Assembly (NCBI GenBank): GCA_038205305.1
Contig: JBBRBZ010000001.1
Span: forward strand, 1,811-65,810
From: Gemmatimonadales bacterium
GTDB lineage: Bacteria; Gemmatimonadota; Gemmatimonadetes; Gemmatimonadales; GWC2-71-9
Direction: 5' to 3'
Length of the DNA: 64,000 bases
Below are positions 17,490 through 26,864 of the stretch, piece after piece (position 1 is the first letter of the stretch; each line of letters starts with the position of its first letter). The position numbers and the translations under genes are program-made. The notes beneath the pieces were generated by a model, which did no database searches, was not told the DNA's origin, and worked only from the letters and a program-made list of their open reading frames with translations.

Positions 17490-18754
17490 CCGGGGGGGCA
17501 CGGCGCCTGCTGCTCCTGTTGCTCCTGGTTGTGCCCCACCTTGCCGCCCAGCAATCGGTGCGTCCCGACGGCACGAATCTCCAGGTCTTCCTGCTGACCA
17601 TGGGACCCGGTGAGCACATCGATGCGCGCTTCGGCCACAGTGCCATCTGGATCCATGACAGCGTCACCAAGCAGGACCGGATCTACAACTACGGCACCTT
17701 CGATCCCGGTGAGGGCGCGGCGAATTTTCTGGCCTTCGCGGGACGCTTCGCGATGGGGCGGCCCCGCTACTGGCTCGGCGTGCTCGACATGCCGCAGACA
17801 TTGAACATCTACACCCACTTCCGCCGGAATCTCCAGCAGCAGGAACTCGACCTCTTGCCCGCGCAGCGTGCCGAGCTCGCCCAACGGCTCGCGACCAACG
17901 CGCTCGAAGCCAATCGCTACTACATCTACGATTACTACCGTGACAACTGCGCGACGCGCGTGCGTGACATGCTCGACACCGTCATTGCCGGGGCGCTGCA
18001 TCGTGCGACCGTCGGCAAGCCGGCTGAGGGCTCGCTCCGCTTTCATTCGCTGCGCTCCGTTGCCAACAGCAAGCTGCTCTTTTTCGGGATTGATGCCGGT
18101 CTCGGGACGCCCGTCGACGGGCACCTCGACCAGTGGGACGAAATGTTCCTGCCGGAGAAGATCCAGGAACGGGTGCGCGAGATCCGGGTGCCGGGCGCCG
18201 ACGGACGCGAGGTGCCGCTGGTGAAAGCCGAAGGGCGGATTCTGGAGTTCAACGAGTTCCACGTGCAGCCGGCGCCACCGGACTGGGATGCCCTCTGGCT
18301 GGGGCTCAGTGCGGTCCTGGCGCTGCTGATCGCCACCGGGCGACTGCTCGGTGCGGCCGGTCTACCGGGACGTGCGCTGGGGATGCTCTGGTCGCTGGCG
18401 ATGGGAGTGGCTGGCTTGACGCTCTGCTTCCTCTGGTTCATCTCGGCGCACGTGGCGACGATGTGGAACCTGAATCTCTTCTACCTCTCTCCGCTCGCGC
18501 TGCTGATGGCCGTCGGCGCGGGGCGGGGGATGCACCGCCGCCCACACCGAGTCGTGGCGTGGGCGGCGGTGATCGTAGTCGGTTCCGTCGTGGTCGGGCT
18601 GGTGATGACGCTGATCGGGGCACAGCAGAATCAGCCGATTGCCGAGCTCACGGCGCTGCCGACGCTGGTGACCGGGCTCGGTGTGGTGCAGCGCTTCATC
18701 CGCCGACCCGCCGGAGTGCTGCCGACGCCTCGCTCAGCGTTGGAGCCTGCTTGA
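17486..18754 (+). CDS. DUF4105 (Lnb N-terminal-like) periplasmic domain protein with C-terminal multi-TM region
   Basis: ORF 16940..18754 trimmed to GTG 17486 (GTGA overlap with the upstream stop). The 5' 182 codons overlap the Gfo gene and are Arg/Gly-rich. Signal-like LLLLLLLVVPHLAAQ. FGHSAIWI, YNYGTFD and YDYYRDNCATRVRD fit DUF4105. There are 4-5 hydrophobic helices at the C-terminus. Confidence 0.75.
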   Translation: MTGGARRLLLLLLLVVPHLAAQQSVRPDGTNLQVFLLTMGPGEHIDARFGHSAIWIHDSVTKQDRIYNYGTFDPGEGAANFLAFAGRFAMGRPRYWLGVLDMPQTLNIYTHFRRNLQQQELDLLPAQRAELAQRLATNALEANRYYIYDYYRDNCATRVRDMLDTVIAGALHRATVGKPAEGSLRFHSLRSVANSKLLFFGIDAGLGTPVDGHLDQWDEMFLPEKIQERVREIRVPGADGREVPLVKAEGRILEFNEFHVQPAPPDWDALWLGLSAVLALLIATGRLLGAAGLPGRALGMLWSLAMGVAGLTLCFLWFISAHVATMWNLNLFYLSPLALLMAVGAGRGMHRRPHRVVAWAAVIVVGSVVVGLVMTLIGAQQNQPIAELTALPTLVTGLGVVQRFIRRPAGVLPTPRSALEPA

Positions 18755-19367
18755 TGGCGGCGCGGTAAGCGTCCGCCGCCTTCGCCCGATCGCCCGCCTC
18801 CTCATAGCGGAGGCCCTGCCCAAGACTCACGATGGCCTCAACCGGTGTGGTGCCGCGATCAGCGGCCTTCCGCGAACCTCCGAGTTCAGACCGTGTGCCC
18901 AGCCCAATCGCGAGGTCGCTCACCGACTCGGCCAGCTGCTCCCGCTTGGTGTGACCCGCGTCGGCGCGGATCACCGCGACGGCATCGCCCGTCGCGGCGT
19001 TCAGCAGCCGCGCTTCGACACGGAGGTCGCCGTACTGGTCGAGCAGTGTCCCCACCACCAGATACTTGGCGCCGGCCTGGGTGGCGGCGGCCCGAGCCGC
19101 CGAGATGTCCACCCGGCCCCTCCGGGCGCTGCCGCTCGCCGCCAGAGGCACCACCCGGGCGTCGGAGTGGCTGCTGATCTCGTTGCCCAGCATGACGGAG
19201 AGGGCCCGAGCGATGGCGTCGTAGTCCGCTCGGGGAAGTCCGACGGAGCCGTCGGTCTCGAACCCGGCGATGCCAACCACGGCCTGAGAGGCCGCCGTGG
19301 CCGGGCTTCCGGCCAGTGTGATTGACGCAAGTCCAGCGACCACAACGGTTTGGAAGAACTTCGGCAT
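18696..19367 (-). CDS. Secreted protein with LpoB/FlgO (TolB-N-like) domain and short C-terminal TPR-like segment
   Basis: ORF 18696..19367. Signal peptide [33 protein letters not shown]...[29 protein letters not shown] is the pattern of COG5616/LpoB-like domains. Confidence 0.6.
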   Translation of the reverse strand: MPKFFQTVVVAGLASITLAGSPATAASQAVVGIAGFETDGSVGLPRADYDAIARALSVMLGNEISSHSDARVVPLAASGSARRGRVDISAARAAATQAGAKYLVVGTLLDQYGDLRVEARLLNAATGDAVAVIRADAGHTKREQLAESVSDLAIGLGTRSELGGSRKAADRGTTPVEAIVSLGQGLRYEEAGDRAKAADAYRAAIKQAPTLSEASAALRRVGG

Positions 19368-19426
19368 ACCTGCTCCTGAACGAAGAGAACGGGACTGCTC
19401 TTTGGAGACGAATCGGGGGGGCCGGC

Positions 19427-19455
19427 TTGGACGGTGGGGCCGCTGGTCCTATATT
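19427..19455 (+). promoter_or_regulatory. Candidate sigma-70-type promoter of the rpmE-prfA operon (-35 TTGGAC, 17 nt, -10 TATATT)
   Basis: TTGGAC at 19427..19432, a 17-nt spacer, then TATATT at 19450..19455. It lies about 55 nt upstream of the rpmE GTG, and the -10 is an AT-rich hexamer in an otherwise GC-rich intergenic region. Confidence 0.45.
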
Positions 19456-19509
19456 GCAAGGCTATCGTGGATCCTATTGGTGGACCACGGCATACGAGAA
19501 GAGGATATT

Positions 19510-19734
19510 GTGAAGCCGAATCTGCACCCTGTCTATCAGACGATCACCGCCCACTGCCAGTGTGGCAACACCTTCGAGACGCGCAGCACGGTCGGGTCGA
19601 TCAGCGTCGAAGTCTGTGCCCAGTGCCACCCGTACTTCACTGGCAAGCAGCGGCTTGTCGACACCGCTGGACGCATCGACCGGTTCCGCCGCAAGTACGC
19701 CACGGAAGCCGTCGAACCCGTCGCCAAGAGCTGA
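19510..19734 (+). CDS. rpmE: 50S ribosomal protein L31 (Zn-ribbon, Cys-containing form)
   Basis: ORF 19297..19734 trimmed to GTG 19510 (GAGGA lies 5 nt upstream). [28 protein letters not shown]...[16 protein letters not shown]. Confidence 0.92.
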   Translation: MKPNLHPVYQTITAHCQCGNTFETRSTVGSISVEVCAQCHPYFTGKQRLVDTAGRIDRFRRKYATEAVEPVAKS

Positions 19735-19738
19735 GCCG

Positions 19739-20797
19739 ATGGACAGCCGACTCCGCCAGGCGCTCGCGCGGGCGGAGGAGGTGACGCAGCTGCTGGGCGA
19801 TCCGACACTTTCCAAGGATCCTGCCCGTCTGAAGTCGCTCGGCCGCGAACACGCCCGGTCTGTCCCGATCGTGCGCGCGGCCGAAAAGCTGTTCCGGGCC
19901 GAACGCGAACTCGCCGAGGCCCGCGACGCGGCCAACGCAGCTGATGCCGAATTGGTCGCCATGGCGAAGGAAGATCTCGCCCGCCTCCCCGACGAAATCG
20001 CCTTACTCCAGTCCGAGTTGCGTGAGTTGCTCCTGCCGCGCGATCCTCACGACGAGCGCGACGTCATCGTGGAAATCCGCGCCGGGACCGGCGGCGATGA
20101 GGCCGGGCTCTTCGCGGCCGAGCTGCTGCGGATGTACACCCGCTTCGCGGAGCGGCATGGCTTGAACGTGGAGCCCATGGAAATCCACGACGGGACGCTC
20201 GGCGGCATCAAGGAGGCCGTCGTGGCGATTCGGGGCAACGGTGCCTACGGCTTGCTGCGACATGAGAGTGGCGTGCATCGCGTGCAGCGCGTGCCGGCGA
20301 CGGAGACCCAGGGACGCATCCACACCTCGGCTGCCACCGTGGCGGTGCTTCCCGAGGCGGAGGAAGTTGACGTGAAAATCGATCCGCAGGACCTGCGCAT
20401 CGACGTCTTCCGTTCCTCCGGGCCTGGCGGCCAGAGCGTCAACACCACCGATTCCGCCGTGCGCATCACCCACCTGCCGACCGGCATCGTCGTGTCGCAG
20501 CAGGACCAGAAGTCTCAGCTGCAGAACAAACTCAAGGGGATGGAAGTACTGCGGGCGCGCATTCTCGATCGGATGATCTCTGCGCAGGAGGCGGCGCGGT
20601 CGGCCACTCGACGTGCCATGGTCGGCACCGGCGATCGGTCTGGGAAGATCCGCACCTACAACTTCCCGCAGAGCCGGGTCACCGATCACCGCGTGAACTT
20701 CTCGGTGCACAACCTGGCCGACGTGATGGACGGCAAGATCGACCCGATCGTCGCCGCCCTGCGCACGGCGGCACAGCAGGAAGATGAACGGAGTTGA
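19739..20797 (+). CDS. prfA: Peptide chain release factor 1
   Basis: ORF 19562..20797 trimmed to ATG 19739. RVPATETQGRIHTSAATVAVLPE (PxT-type codon recognition region) and SSGPGGQSVNTTDSAVRITHLPTG (GGQ). Confidence 0.95.
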   Translation: MDSRLRQALARAEEVTQLLGDPTLSKDPARLKSLGREHARSVPIVRAAEKLFRAERELAEARDAANAADAELVAMAKEDLARLPDEIALLQSELRELLLPRDPHDERDVIVEIRAGTGGDEAGLFAAELLRMYTRFAERHGLNVEPMEIHDGTLGGIKEAVVAIRGNGAYGLLRHESGVHRVQRVPATETQGRIHTSAATVAVLPEAEEVDVKIDPQDLRIDVFRSSGPGGQSVNTTDSAVRITHLPTGIVVSQQDQKSQLQNKLKGMEVLRARILDRMISAQEAARSATRRAMVGTGDRSGKIRTYNFPQSRVTDHRVNFSVHNLADVMDGKIDPIVAALRTAAQQEDERS

Positions 20798-20801
20798 CCT
20801 G

Positions 20802-21644
20802 ATGCCGACGCTCCGTGACCTGCTCGCCGAGGCGCGTGAGGCGCTCGGCGCTGCCGGCATTGGCGATGCGCGGCGTGAGGCACTCCATCTCTGGTCGGCG
20901 ATCGATGGCCGTCAACCCGGCGCGGTGCTGCTCGGCGACGACATGTCGGTGAGCGATGAGACCGCGTTGCGATTTCGGCAACTGGTCGAGCGACGCCTTG
21001 GTGGCGAGCCACTGGCGTATGTCACCGGCACGATGGACTTCCGGCACCTCACCCTGCGGTCCGACCCGCGGGCGCTGATTCCGCGCCCCGAGACGGAGGG
21101 GCTGGTGGAGGTGGCGTTACAATGCATGGAGCGGGGAGTGGCGGCCGACGTCGGGACGGGAACCGGAGCCATCGCCTTGGCGCTTCGTCAGGAAGGTCGC
21201 TTCGACCAGCTGTTCGGTACCGACCTTTCCCGGGACGCCTTGATGCTTGCGGCGGAGAATGCGTCACGGACCGGCCTCGAGGTTACCTGGCTCGAAGGCG
21301 ACCTGCTGGAGCCGCTGGCAGGCCGTCGGCTCGACCTGCTGGTGTCGAATCCGCCCTACCTGACCGAGGCCGAGTATCGCGACCTGGACGCTTCGGTGCG
21401 AGACTTCGAGCCGGCGCTGGCGCTCTGGTCCGGAGCAGATGGGATGGCTGCCATCGAACGACTCGTCGCCGGCGGCATGGGGCTGGTGGCACCCGGAGGA
21501 TGGCTGGTGCTGGAAGTGGACGCGCGTCGCGCGGATCTCTCGGCGCGCCTGGCGGTGCAGCGTGGCTGGCTCGCGGTGGAAGTGCTCGATGACCTGTTTG
21601 GACGCCCCCGGTACGTCCGGGCGCAGCAGAGGAGCAGCGAATGA
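20802..21644 (+). CDS. prmC: Release-factor glutamine N5-methyltransferase PrmC (HemK)
   Basis: ORF 20784..21644. ATG 20802 is preferred (GGAG lies 9 nt upstream, just after the prfA stop). DVGTGTGAIALAL SAM motif and the VSNPPY catalytic motif. Confidence 0.9.
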   Translation: MPTLRDLLAEAREALGAAGIGDARREALHLWSAIDGRQPGAVLLGDDMSVSDETALRFRQLVERRLGGEPLAYVTGTMDFRHLTLRSDPRALIPRPETEGLVEVALQCMERGVAADVGTGTGAIALALRQEGRFDQLFGTDLSRDALMLAAENASRTGLEVTWLEGDLLEPLAGRRLDLLVSNPPYLTEAEYRDLDASVRDFEPALALWSGADGMAAIERLVAGGMGLVAPGGWLVLEVDARRADLSARLAVQRGWLAVEVLDDLFGRPRYVRAQQRSSE

Positions 21645-21991
21645 TCGATGAGAAAGCGCAAGAGCTCGGCCGCCTGATCGGGCAGGCCAACGAATACCAG
21701 ACCCTTCGCCGCGCGGAGCTGGCGCTGCGTGACGATCCCGAGGCCCAGACGCGGTTGGAAACCATCTCCCGCCTCACCCGCGACTTTGACCAGCTCGTCG
21801 CAGAGGGCGGTACGCCTGACGATGCCGCCGCGCAGCAATACGAGACCACGCTCAAGGAGTTCGAACTCTCCAGCGTGGGGCAGGCCTATCTGGTGGCGCG
21901 CGCGAATGTTGACAAGCTGATGTCCCGCGTCAATCAGGCGATCGGCGAGGGGATGGAACGCGGCGCCACCAGCGGCATCATCACGCTCTGA
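21641..21991 (+). CDS. YlbF/YmcA-like helical protein (UPF0342-like)
   Basis: ORF 21641..21991 with ATGA overlap with prmC. Helical, with KAQELGRLIGQANEYQTLRRAELALRDDPEAQ resembling the YlbF/YmcA family. Family assignment is tentative. Confidence 0.55.
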   Translation: MIDEKAQELGRLIGQANEYQTLRRAELALRDDPEAQTRLETISRLTRDFDQLVAEGGTPDDAAAQQYETTLKEFELSSVGQAYLVARANVDKLMSRVNQAIGEGMERGATSGIITL

Positions 21992-22629
21992 TGACCCACG
22001 GGTTCTTCCTCGTGCTTGAGGGACCCGAGGGCGCCGGGAAGACCACCCTGGCCCGCTCACTCACGTCACGGATGCTTGAGGACGGCCTCGATCCGGTGAC
22101 AGTTCGCGAGCCAGGCGGCACCACCGTCGCCGAGACGCTGCGGGCGGAGCTGCTCAGCCCTGGCCGCACATGGACGCCGGAGATGGAGCTCCTCTACATG
22201 ACGGCCGCACGGGCCGACCTCGTCACCAAGGTGATCCGGCCGGCGCTCGAGGCGGGAAAGGTGGTCTTGTCCGATCGGTACGACCTGTCGACGTTCGCCT
22301 ATCAGGGGGCGGGGCGCGGGCTGCCAATGGAGCACGTCCGCTGGGTCAACCGCTGTGCCACCGGGGGACTGGTGCCGGATGTCACGCTGGTGCTCGATCT
22401 CGCCCCCGAAGTCGGGCGGGAACGGCAGCGCGCGGCGGGCAAGGGTGCGGACCGGATGGAGCAGGAAGGGGTCGCCTTCCACGATCGCGTCGCGGCGGCC
22501 TACTTGGCTGCGACCGGGGCAGGGGTGCATCATTTGAAGGCGGCGGCGTCACCCGAGCAGGTGCTCGAAGCGGCGTGGAGCTGCCTGAGTTCAGTCGATC
22601 CGGAAACGTTTCGGCCGCGAAACGAGTAG
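21991..22629 (+). CDS. tmk: Thymidylate (dTMP) kinase
   Basis: ORF 21991..22629. FFLVLEGPEGAGKTT P-loop, REPGGT, and DRYDLSTFAYQG. Confidence 0.92.
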   Translation: MTHGFFLVLEGPEGAGKTTLARSLTSRMLEDGLDPVTVREPGGTTVAETLRAELLSPGRTWTPEMELLYMTAARADLVTKVIRPALEAGKVVLSDRYDLSTFAYQGAGRGLPMEHVRWVNRCATGGLVPDVTLVLDLAPEVGRERQRAAGKGADRMEQEGVAFHDRVAAAYLAATGAGVHHLKAAASPEQVLEAAWSCLSSVDPETFRPRNE

Positions 22630-22680
22630 GGTAGAGCTCGTCGTCGCCGTTCATACTTGCAGGGAATCTCTGGGGGAGTC

Positions 22681-24270
22681 ATGAAGAAGCGTTGGGGCCT
22701 GATCATGTTCGTCGCGGCGATTTCGTTCTTCAGTGGTGGCTGGCTGCTGCGTGGCGCCAGCGCCAAGAGCAACACGATCGCCGGCCCCGAGCTCCTGGGA
22801 AGGGTGCTCCAGTTCGTCACCGAGTACTACGTCGATTCCATTCCGGCGGACTCCGTCTATCACATGGCGGCCGCGGGCACCCTCGCAGAATTGAACGATC
22901 CCTATTCCGGGCTCGAGGAAGGCGAGGACTACCGCCAGCTCACTGAAGTGATCTCCGGCAACTACGGCGGCCTCGGCATGCAGATCGATGTCCGCGGCGG
23001 CTGGATCACCATCGTCGCTCCGCTCCCCGAGACCCCCGCCGCGCGGGCCGGAGTCGAGGCAGGTGATCAGATCATCGAGGTCGATGGCAAGTCGACGCAG
23101 GGCATCTCGCAGGAGAACGCGCTCAAGGTGCTGCGCGGCACGCCGGGCAGCACGGTCTCGCTCAAGATCCATCGCCCAGGTTTCACCACCCCGCTGCCAT
23201 TCAGCCTCAAGCGCGAGCTGATCCACAATCGTTCGGTCCAGCCGGGCACCATGCTCGAGAACGGGATCGGCTATGTCTCGCTGGTGAGCGTCAGTGACAG
23301 CTCCGCGCGTGAGCTGAGCCGCGAGATCGACAGCCTCATCCCCAGAGGACTCAAGGGACTGATTCTCGATCTCCGCAACAATCCCGGCGGCTCGCTCGAT
23401 CAGGGTGCCGCGGTCTCCGATGTCTTCCTCGATCCAGGGGCGAAGATCGTTTCGACTCACGGTCGCTTCGCGGAGATGAACAAGGAGTTCTCCGACAAGG
23501 CGACGCAGAAGTACGGTGGCCTCCCGGTGGTGGTGCTGGTCAACGAGTTCTCCGCCAGTGCCGCCGAGATCATCGCCGGGGCGTTGCAGGACAACGATCG
23601 CGCGGTGGTCGTCGGGGTGCCGACGTTCGGGAAGGGGCTCGTGCAGTCGTTCTGGACTCTCGGCCCTGGAGCGGGCCTGAAGCTCACGACTGGGCGCTGG
23701 TTCACGCCGAGCGGGCGCACCATCCAGCGCACGGCGAAGAGCCAGGCGGAGCAGTATCGGTTGGCGGAGCTCCAGGCGAGCGGAAAGGACACCTCCGCCA
23801 AGCCGCTGCCGACGTTCAAGACCATCAGTGGCCGACTCGTGAAGGGGGGCGGTGGCATCGTGCCTGACCGGATCGTCCGTAGCGACACGCTCACCGATGG
23901 CGAAAAGAATTTCGCGAAGGCAATCGGCACGAACGTCACGGCCTACCGGGACGCCCTCACCGCGACCGCGCTTGAGGTGAAGGCAAAAAACGACGTTACG
24001 TCCGAAAGCTTCAAGGTGACGCCGGCCATGCGTCAGTCGTTGATTGACCGACTCAAGACCAAGGGCGTCGCCCTGACCCCAGAAGAGGTGTCGGACGGTT
24101 CGGCCCTGGTGGACGAACAGCTCTCCTGGGAGATCTCGCGCTACGTCTTCGGCCGCGAGGCCGAACTGCGCCGTCGCAATTCCGATGATCCGCAGGTCCA
24201 CGCGGCGCTCGAGTTGCTGCGCAAGGCGACCACTCCGCGCGGGCTGCTGGCGGAAGTCGCGGGGCAGTGA
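22681..24270 (+). CDS. ctpA: Carboxy-terminal processing protease (S41 family, PDZ domain)
   Basis: ORF 22657..24270 trimmed to ATG 22681 (GGGGGAG upstream). PDZ region GGLGMQI...PAARAGVEAGDQIIEVDG. S41 core LILDLRNNPGGSL, FSASAAEIIAGALQD and TFGKGLVQS. Confidence 0.9.
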   Translation: MKKRWGLIMFVAAISFFSGGWLLRGASAKSNTIAGPELLGRVLQFVTEYYVDSIPADSVYHMAAAGTLAELNDPYSGLEEGEDYRQLTEVISGNYGGLGMQIDVRGGWITIVAPLPETPAARAGVEAGDQIIEVDGKSTQGISQENALKVLRGTPGSTVSLKIHRPGFTTPLPFSLKRELIHNRSVQPGTMLENGIGYVSLVSVSDSSARELSREIDSLIPRGLKGLILDLRNNPGGSLDQGAAVSDVFLDPGAKIVSTHGRFAEMNKEFSDKATQKYGGLPVVVLVNEFSASAAEIIAGALQDNDRAVVVGVPTFGKGLVQSFWTLGPGAGLKLTTGRWFTPSGRTIQRTAKSQAEQYRLAELQASGKDTSAKPLPTFKTISGRLVKGGGGIVPDRIVRSDTLTDGEKNFAKAIGTNVTAYRDALTATALEVKAKNDVTSESFKVTPAMRQSLIDRLKTKGVALTPEEVSDGSALVDEQLSWEISRYVFGREAELRRRNSDDPQVHAALELLRKATTPRGLLAEVAGQ

Positions 24271-25109
24271 CCCCAGCCGTCGCCGTCGTCGGCGCAGGGC
24301 GCGTCGGGCTCACGCTCGCACGCGCCCTCGTGCTATCCGGCACGCCGGTGCGGCTGCTGGTGCGCCACAGTCGCCGGCTGCCTGAGGGGGTGCCCGAACC
24401 AGAGACTCGCTGGGCAGCTGGCCTCGCCGCCTCGACCGTGGTGATAGTTGCCGTTCCCGATGATGCCATCGCCTCGGTCGCGGCGCAGCTCGCCACAGAC
24501 GGCGACGTGGGCCCGACTCACGTGGTACTGCACACTTCGGGACGGCACGGGAGCGAGGTGCTCTCGCGCTTGGCTGCCTCCGGCGCCGCTCTGGGGTCGC
24601 TGCACCCACTCCAGACCTTCGCGGACGTCCGAGGTGACCCGCAGGCGCTCGCGGGGACCCCTGCGGTGGTGGAGGGCTCCCCAGAGGCAGTTCGGGCCGC
24701 TCGACGCATCGCAGAGGGATTGGGGATGGCGCCCATCATCGAGATGTCGGCCGCGGGCAAGCCGCTGTACCACGCCGCGGCAGTCTTCTCCTCGAATTTC
24801 GTGGTGGCGCTCGCGGCGGTGGCCGAGCGGCTCGCAACCGAGGCCGGGGCTGGGGCCGCCTCCGGGCAACTGTTCCACGCGCTGCTCTCTGGCACCGTCC
24901 GCAACCTTGCCAACGACGATCCAGCGACCGCCCTCACCGGTCCCATCCGTCGGGGGGACGTGGGCACCGTCGCGGCGCACCTGCACGCGCTGAGCGGCTC
25001 CGATCGGTCGCTCTACATCGCCCTGGCGAAGGAAACGCTGCGCCTGGCACGCACGAGTGGCCTCGAGGAGAGCGAGGCCAGGCGGATGGAGCGGCTGTTG
25101 AACGAGTAG
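24267..25109 (+). CDS. Rossmann-fold NAD(P)-binding protein, DUF2520 family (ProC/ketopantoate-reductase-like)
   Basis: ORF 24267..25109 with GTG start overlapping the ctpA stop (GTGA). VAVVGAGRVGLTLA dinucleotide-binding motif. C-terminal half YHAAAVFSSNFVVAL...GPIRRGD fits DUF2520. Confidence 0.7.
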   Translation: MTPAVAVVGAGRVGLTLARALVLSGTPVRLLVRHSRRLPEGVPEPETRWAAGLAASTVVIVAVPDDAIASVAAQLATDGDVGPTHVVLHTSGRHGSEVLSRLAASGAALGSLHPLQTFADVRGDPQALAGTPAVVEGSPEAVRAARRIAEGLGMAPIIEMSAAGKPLYHAAAVFSSNFVVALAAVAERLATEAGAGAASGQLFHALLSGTVRNLANDDPATALTGPIRRGDVGTVAAHLHALSGSDRSLYIALAKETLRLARTSGLEESEARRMERLLNE

Positions 25110-25120
25110 CGGGCGCGGCG

Positions 25121-25795
25121 CTACTGCGAGACGATGCGCACGCCGGCCGGCGGGACGAACTTGAACTTCTCCGGGGCGACCCCGACGTTGGGCTGGACCC
25201 GCGAGAAAGTCAGTTCACGGATCTGCAGCGGTTCGACGATGCGCAGCTTGTGCGGCAGGTTGTCGGTGCGGGCAAACCAGATCGTCGCGCTGCGGAAGTT
25301 CATGTCCTTCCGGATGGGCTCCAGCTTCACCGCATCACATTGCACGCCGTCGATCACCTCGGCCTTCTCGTACGAAATCTGGTAGCGGTCCGCCGCGTCA
25401 TCCAGGAAATATCCCATGAAATTCGCACCGTAGACCGGGCCGGTGGGCCGGGCATACTCCTGGGCGACCTTGGGGTAGTCGCTGGGGGTGTAGACGATCA
25501 TTCGCTGGCCATCAATGGCGATGAGATCGCCGGCGGGATCGGACCAGCGCATGGCGAACTTGTTGTCGCCGGACTGGTAGAGCGTCCCCTTGGAGTCACG
25601 GGTTCCCATGCCGGGAGCGTCGTCGATCAGGCGCTGGCGGAAGTCGGCCTGCAACCCGCTCAGGTTCCGGTAGATGCGCGCCGCGCGATTGACGATGGCG
25701 ATGGCGTCGTCGTTGTTCACGGCCTGGGCGCGGGTCGCCACCGGCCACACCAGCAGCGCAGCGAGTGCGATGCCGCCTGCGAGCAGGGACTTCAT
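25121..25795 (-). CDS. LolA-like outer-membrane lipoprotein carrier family protein
   Basis: ORF 25121..25795. Signal peptide, then [10 protein letters not shown]...[15 protein letters not shown]...[10 protein letters not shown], typical of LolA-fold proteins. Confidence 0.7.
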   Translation of the reverse strand: MKSLLAGGIALAALLVWPVATRAQAVNNDDAIAIVNRAARIYRNLSGLQADFRQRLIDDAPGMGTRDSKGTLYQSGDNKFAMRWSDPAGDLIAIDGQRMIVYTPSDYPKVAQEYARPTGPVYGANFMGYFLDDAADRYQISYEKAEVIDGVQCDAVKLEPIRKDMNFRSATIWFARTDNLPHKLRIVEPLQIRELTFSRVQPNVGVAPEKFKFVPPAGVRIVSQ

Positions 25796-26832
25796 GCCGG
25801 GCTCGGGACGGGCGCGGCAATCGTACGGCCGATCACCTCGGCAATGGCCCCGACGTCGCGCATCATCCGCTCGAACTCTTCAGGATAGAGGCTCTGCGCC
25901 CCATCGGAGAGTGCCCGTTCCGGATTGGGGTGCACCTCGATGAGCAGCCCGTCGGCGCCGGCCGCGACCGCGGCGCGCGCCATGGCGGGCACCATGTCAC
26001 GATGGCCGGTGCCGTGGCTCGGATCGGCCACGATCGGCAGGTGCGACAATCCGTGCACCACCGCGATGGCGGCGATGTCGAAGAGATTGCGCGTGGCCGT
26101 GTCGAAGGAGCGAATGCCGCGCTCGCAGAGAATCACGTCAGGGTTGCCTTCGGCCAGGATGTATTCGGCCGAGAGGAGGAGCTCGACGATCGTGGCGGCG
26201 AGTCCGCGCTTGAGGAGGATCGGCTTGCGGAGCCGACCGCATTCCTTGAGCAGTGGATAGTTCTGCATGCTGCGCGCCCCGATCTGGATGATGTCCGCCA
26301 CCTCGGCCACGGCCTCGAGCCCTTCGAGGTCCATCGCTTCGGTGACGATCATCAGCCCGGTTTCGGCACGCGCCATGGCCAACAGCTCCAGCCCGCGGAC
26401 TCCCATCCCTTGGAAGGAGTAGGGCGACGAACGGGGCTTGAACGCGCCACCACGGAGCACGGTGGCTCCGGCGGCCCGCACCTGACGGGCAGAGAGGAGG
26501 ATCTGCTCCTCGCTCTCCACTGAGCAGGGGCCCGCCATGATGATGACTTCTCGTCCGCCCACGGTGGAACCGTCGGGGAGGGGCACCCGGGTGGGCTCGG
26601 GCTTCCATTCCCGGGAGACCTGCTTGTAGGGCTTGGAGACGTGAATAATCTCGGCGACCCCGGCCATGCCGGCGACCAGCGAGGAGTCCACGCGGCCATC
26701 GTTCCCGACCAGGCCGACGGTGGTGCGCTGACGGCCTGGCATGGGGCGGGCTTCGTAGCCCATCCCGGCGATGACGCTGACCACACCGGCGATGTCCGCG
26801 GGTGTGGCATCGGGCTTCATGACAATCAACAT
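25792..26832 (-). CDS. 3-deoxy-7-phosphoheptulonate (DAHP) synthase, type I-beta with N-terminal ferredoxin-like regulatory domain
   Basis: ORF 25792..26832. [10 protein letters not shown]... is the regulatory domain. The catalytic core is [40 protein letters not shown] and PSHGTG. Confidence 0.92.
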   Translation of the reverse strand: MLIVMKPDATPADIAGVVSVIAGMGYEARPMPGRQRTTVGLVGNDGRVDSSLVAGMAGVAEIIHVSKPYKQVSREWKPEPTRVPLPDGSTVGGREVIIMAGPCSVESEEQILLSARQVRAAGATVLRGGAFKPRSSPYSFQGMGVRGLELLAMARAETGLMIVTEAMDLEGLEAVAEVADIIQIGARSMQNYPLLKECGRLRKPILLKRGLAATIVELLLSAEYILAEGNPDVILCERGIRSFDTATRNLFDIAAIAVVHGLSHLPIVADPSHGTGHRDMVPAMARAAVAAGADGLLIEVHPNPERALSDGAQSLYPEEFERMMRDVGAIAEVIGRTIAAPVPSPA

Positions 26833-26864
26833 GGGTGGAGTCTAACCGGGGAAATGGGCGAAAG

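Noticed and set aside
22651-24201. 516-aa minus-strand ORF
   Set aside because: It is antisense to the S41 C-terminal processing protease gene, which has clear PDZ and S41 motifs.
25106-25124. Small hairpin GTAGCG-GGCGCGG-CGCTAC containing the two convergent stop codons (TAG 25107 and CTA 25121)
   Set aside because: It has only a 6-bp stem and no U-tract. It could be a weak bidirectional terminator, but that is too speculative to call.
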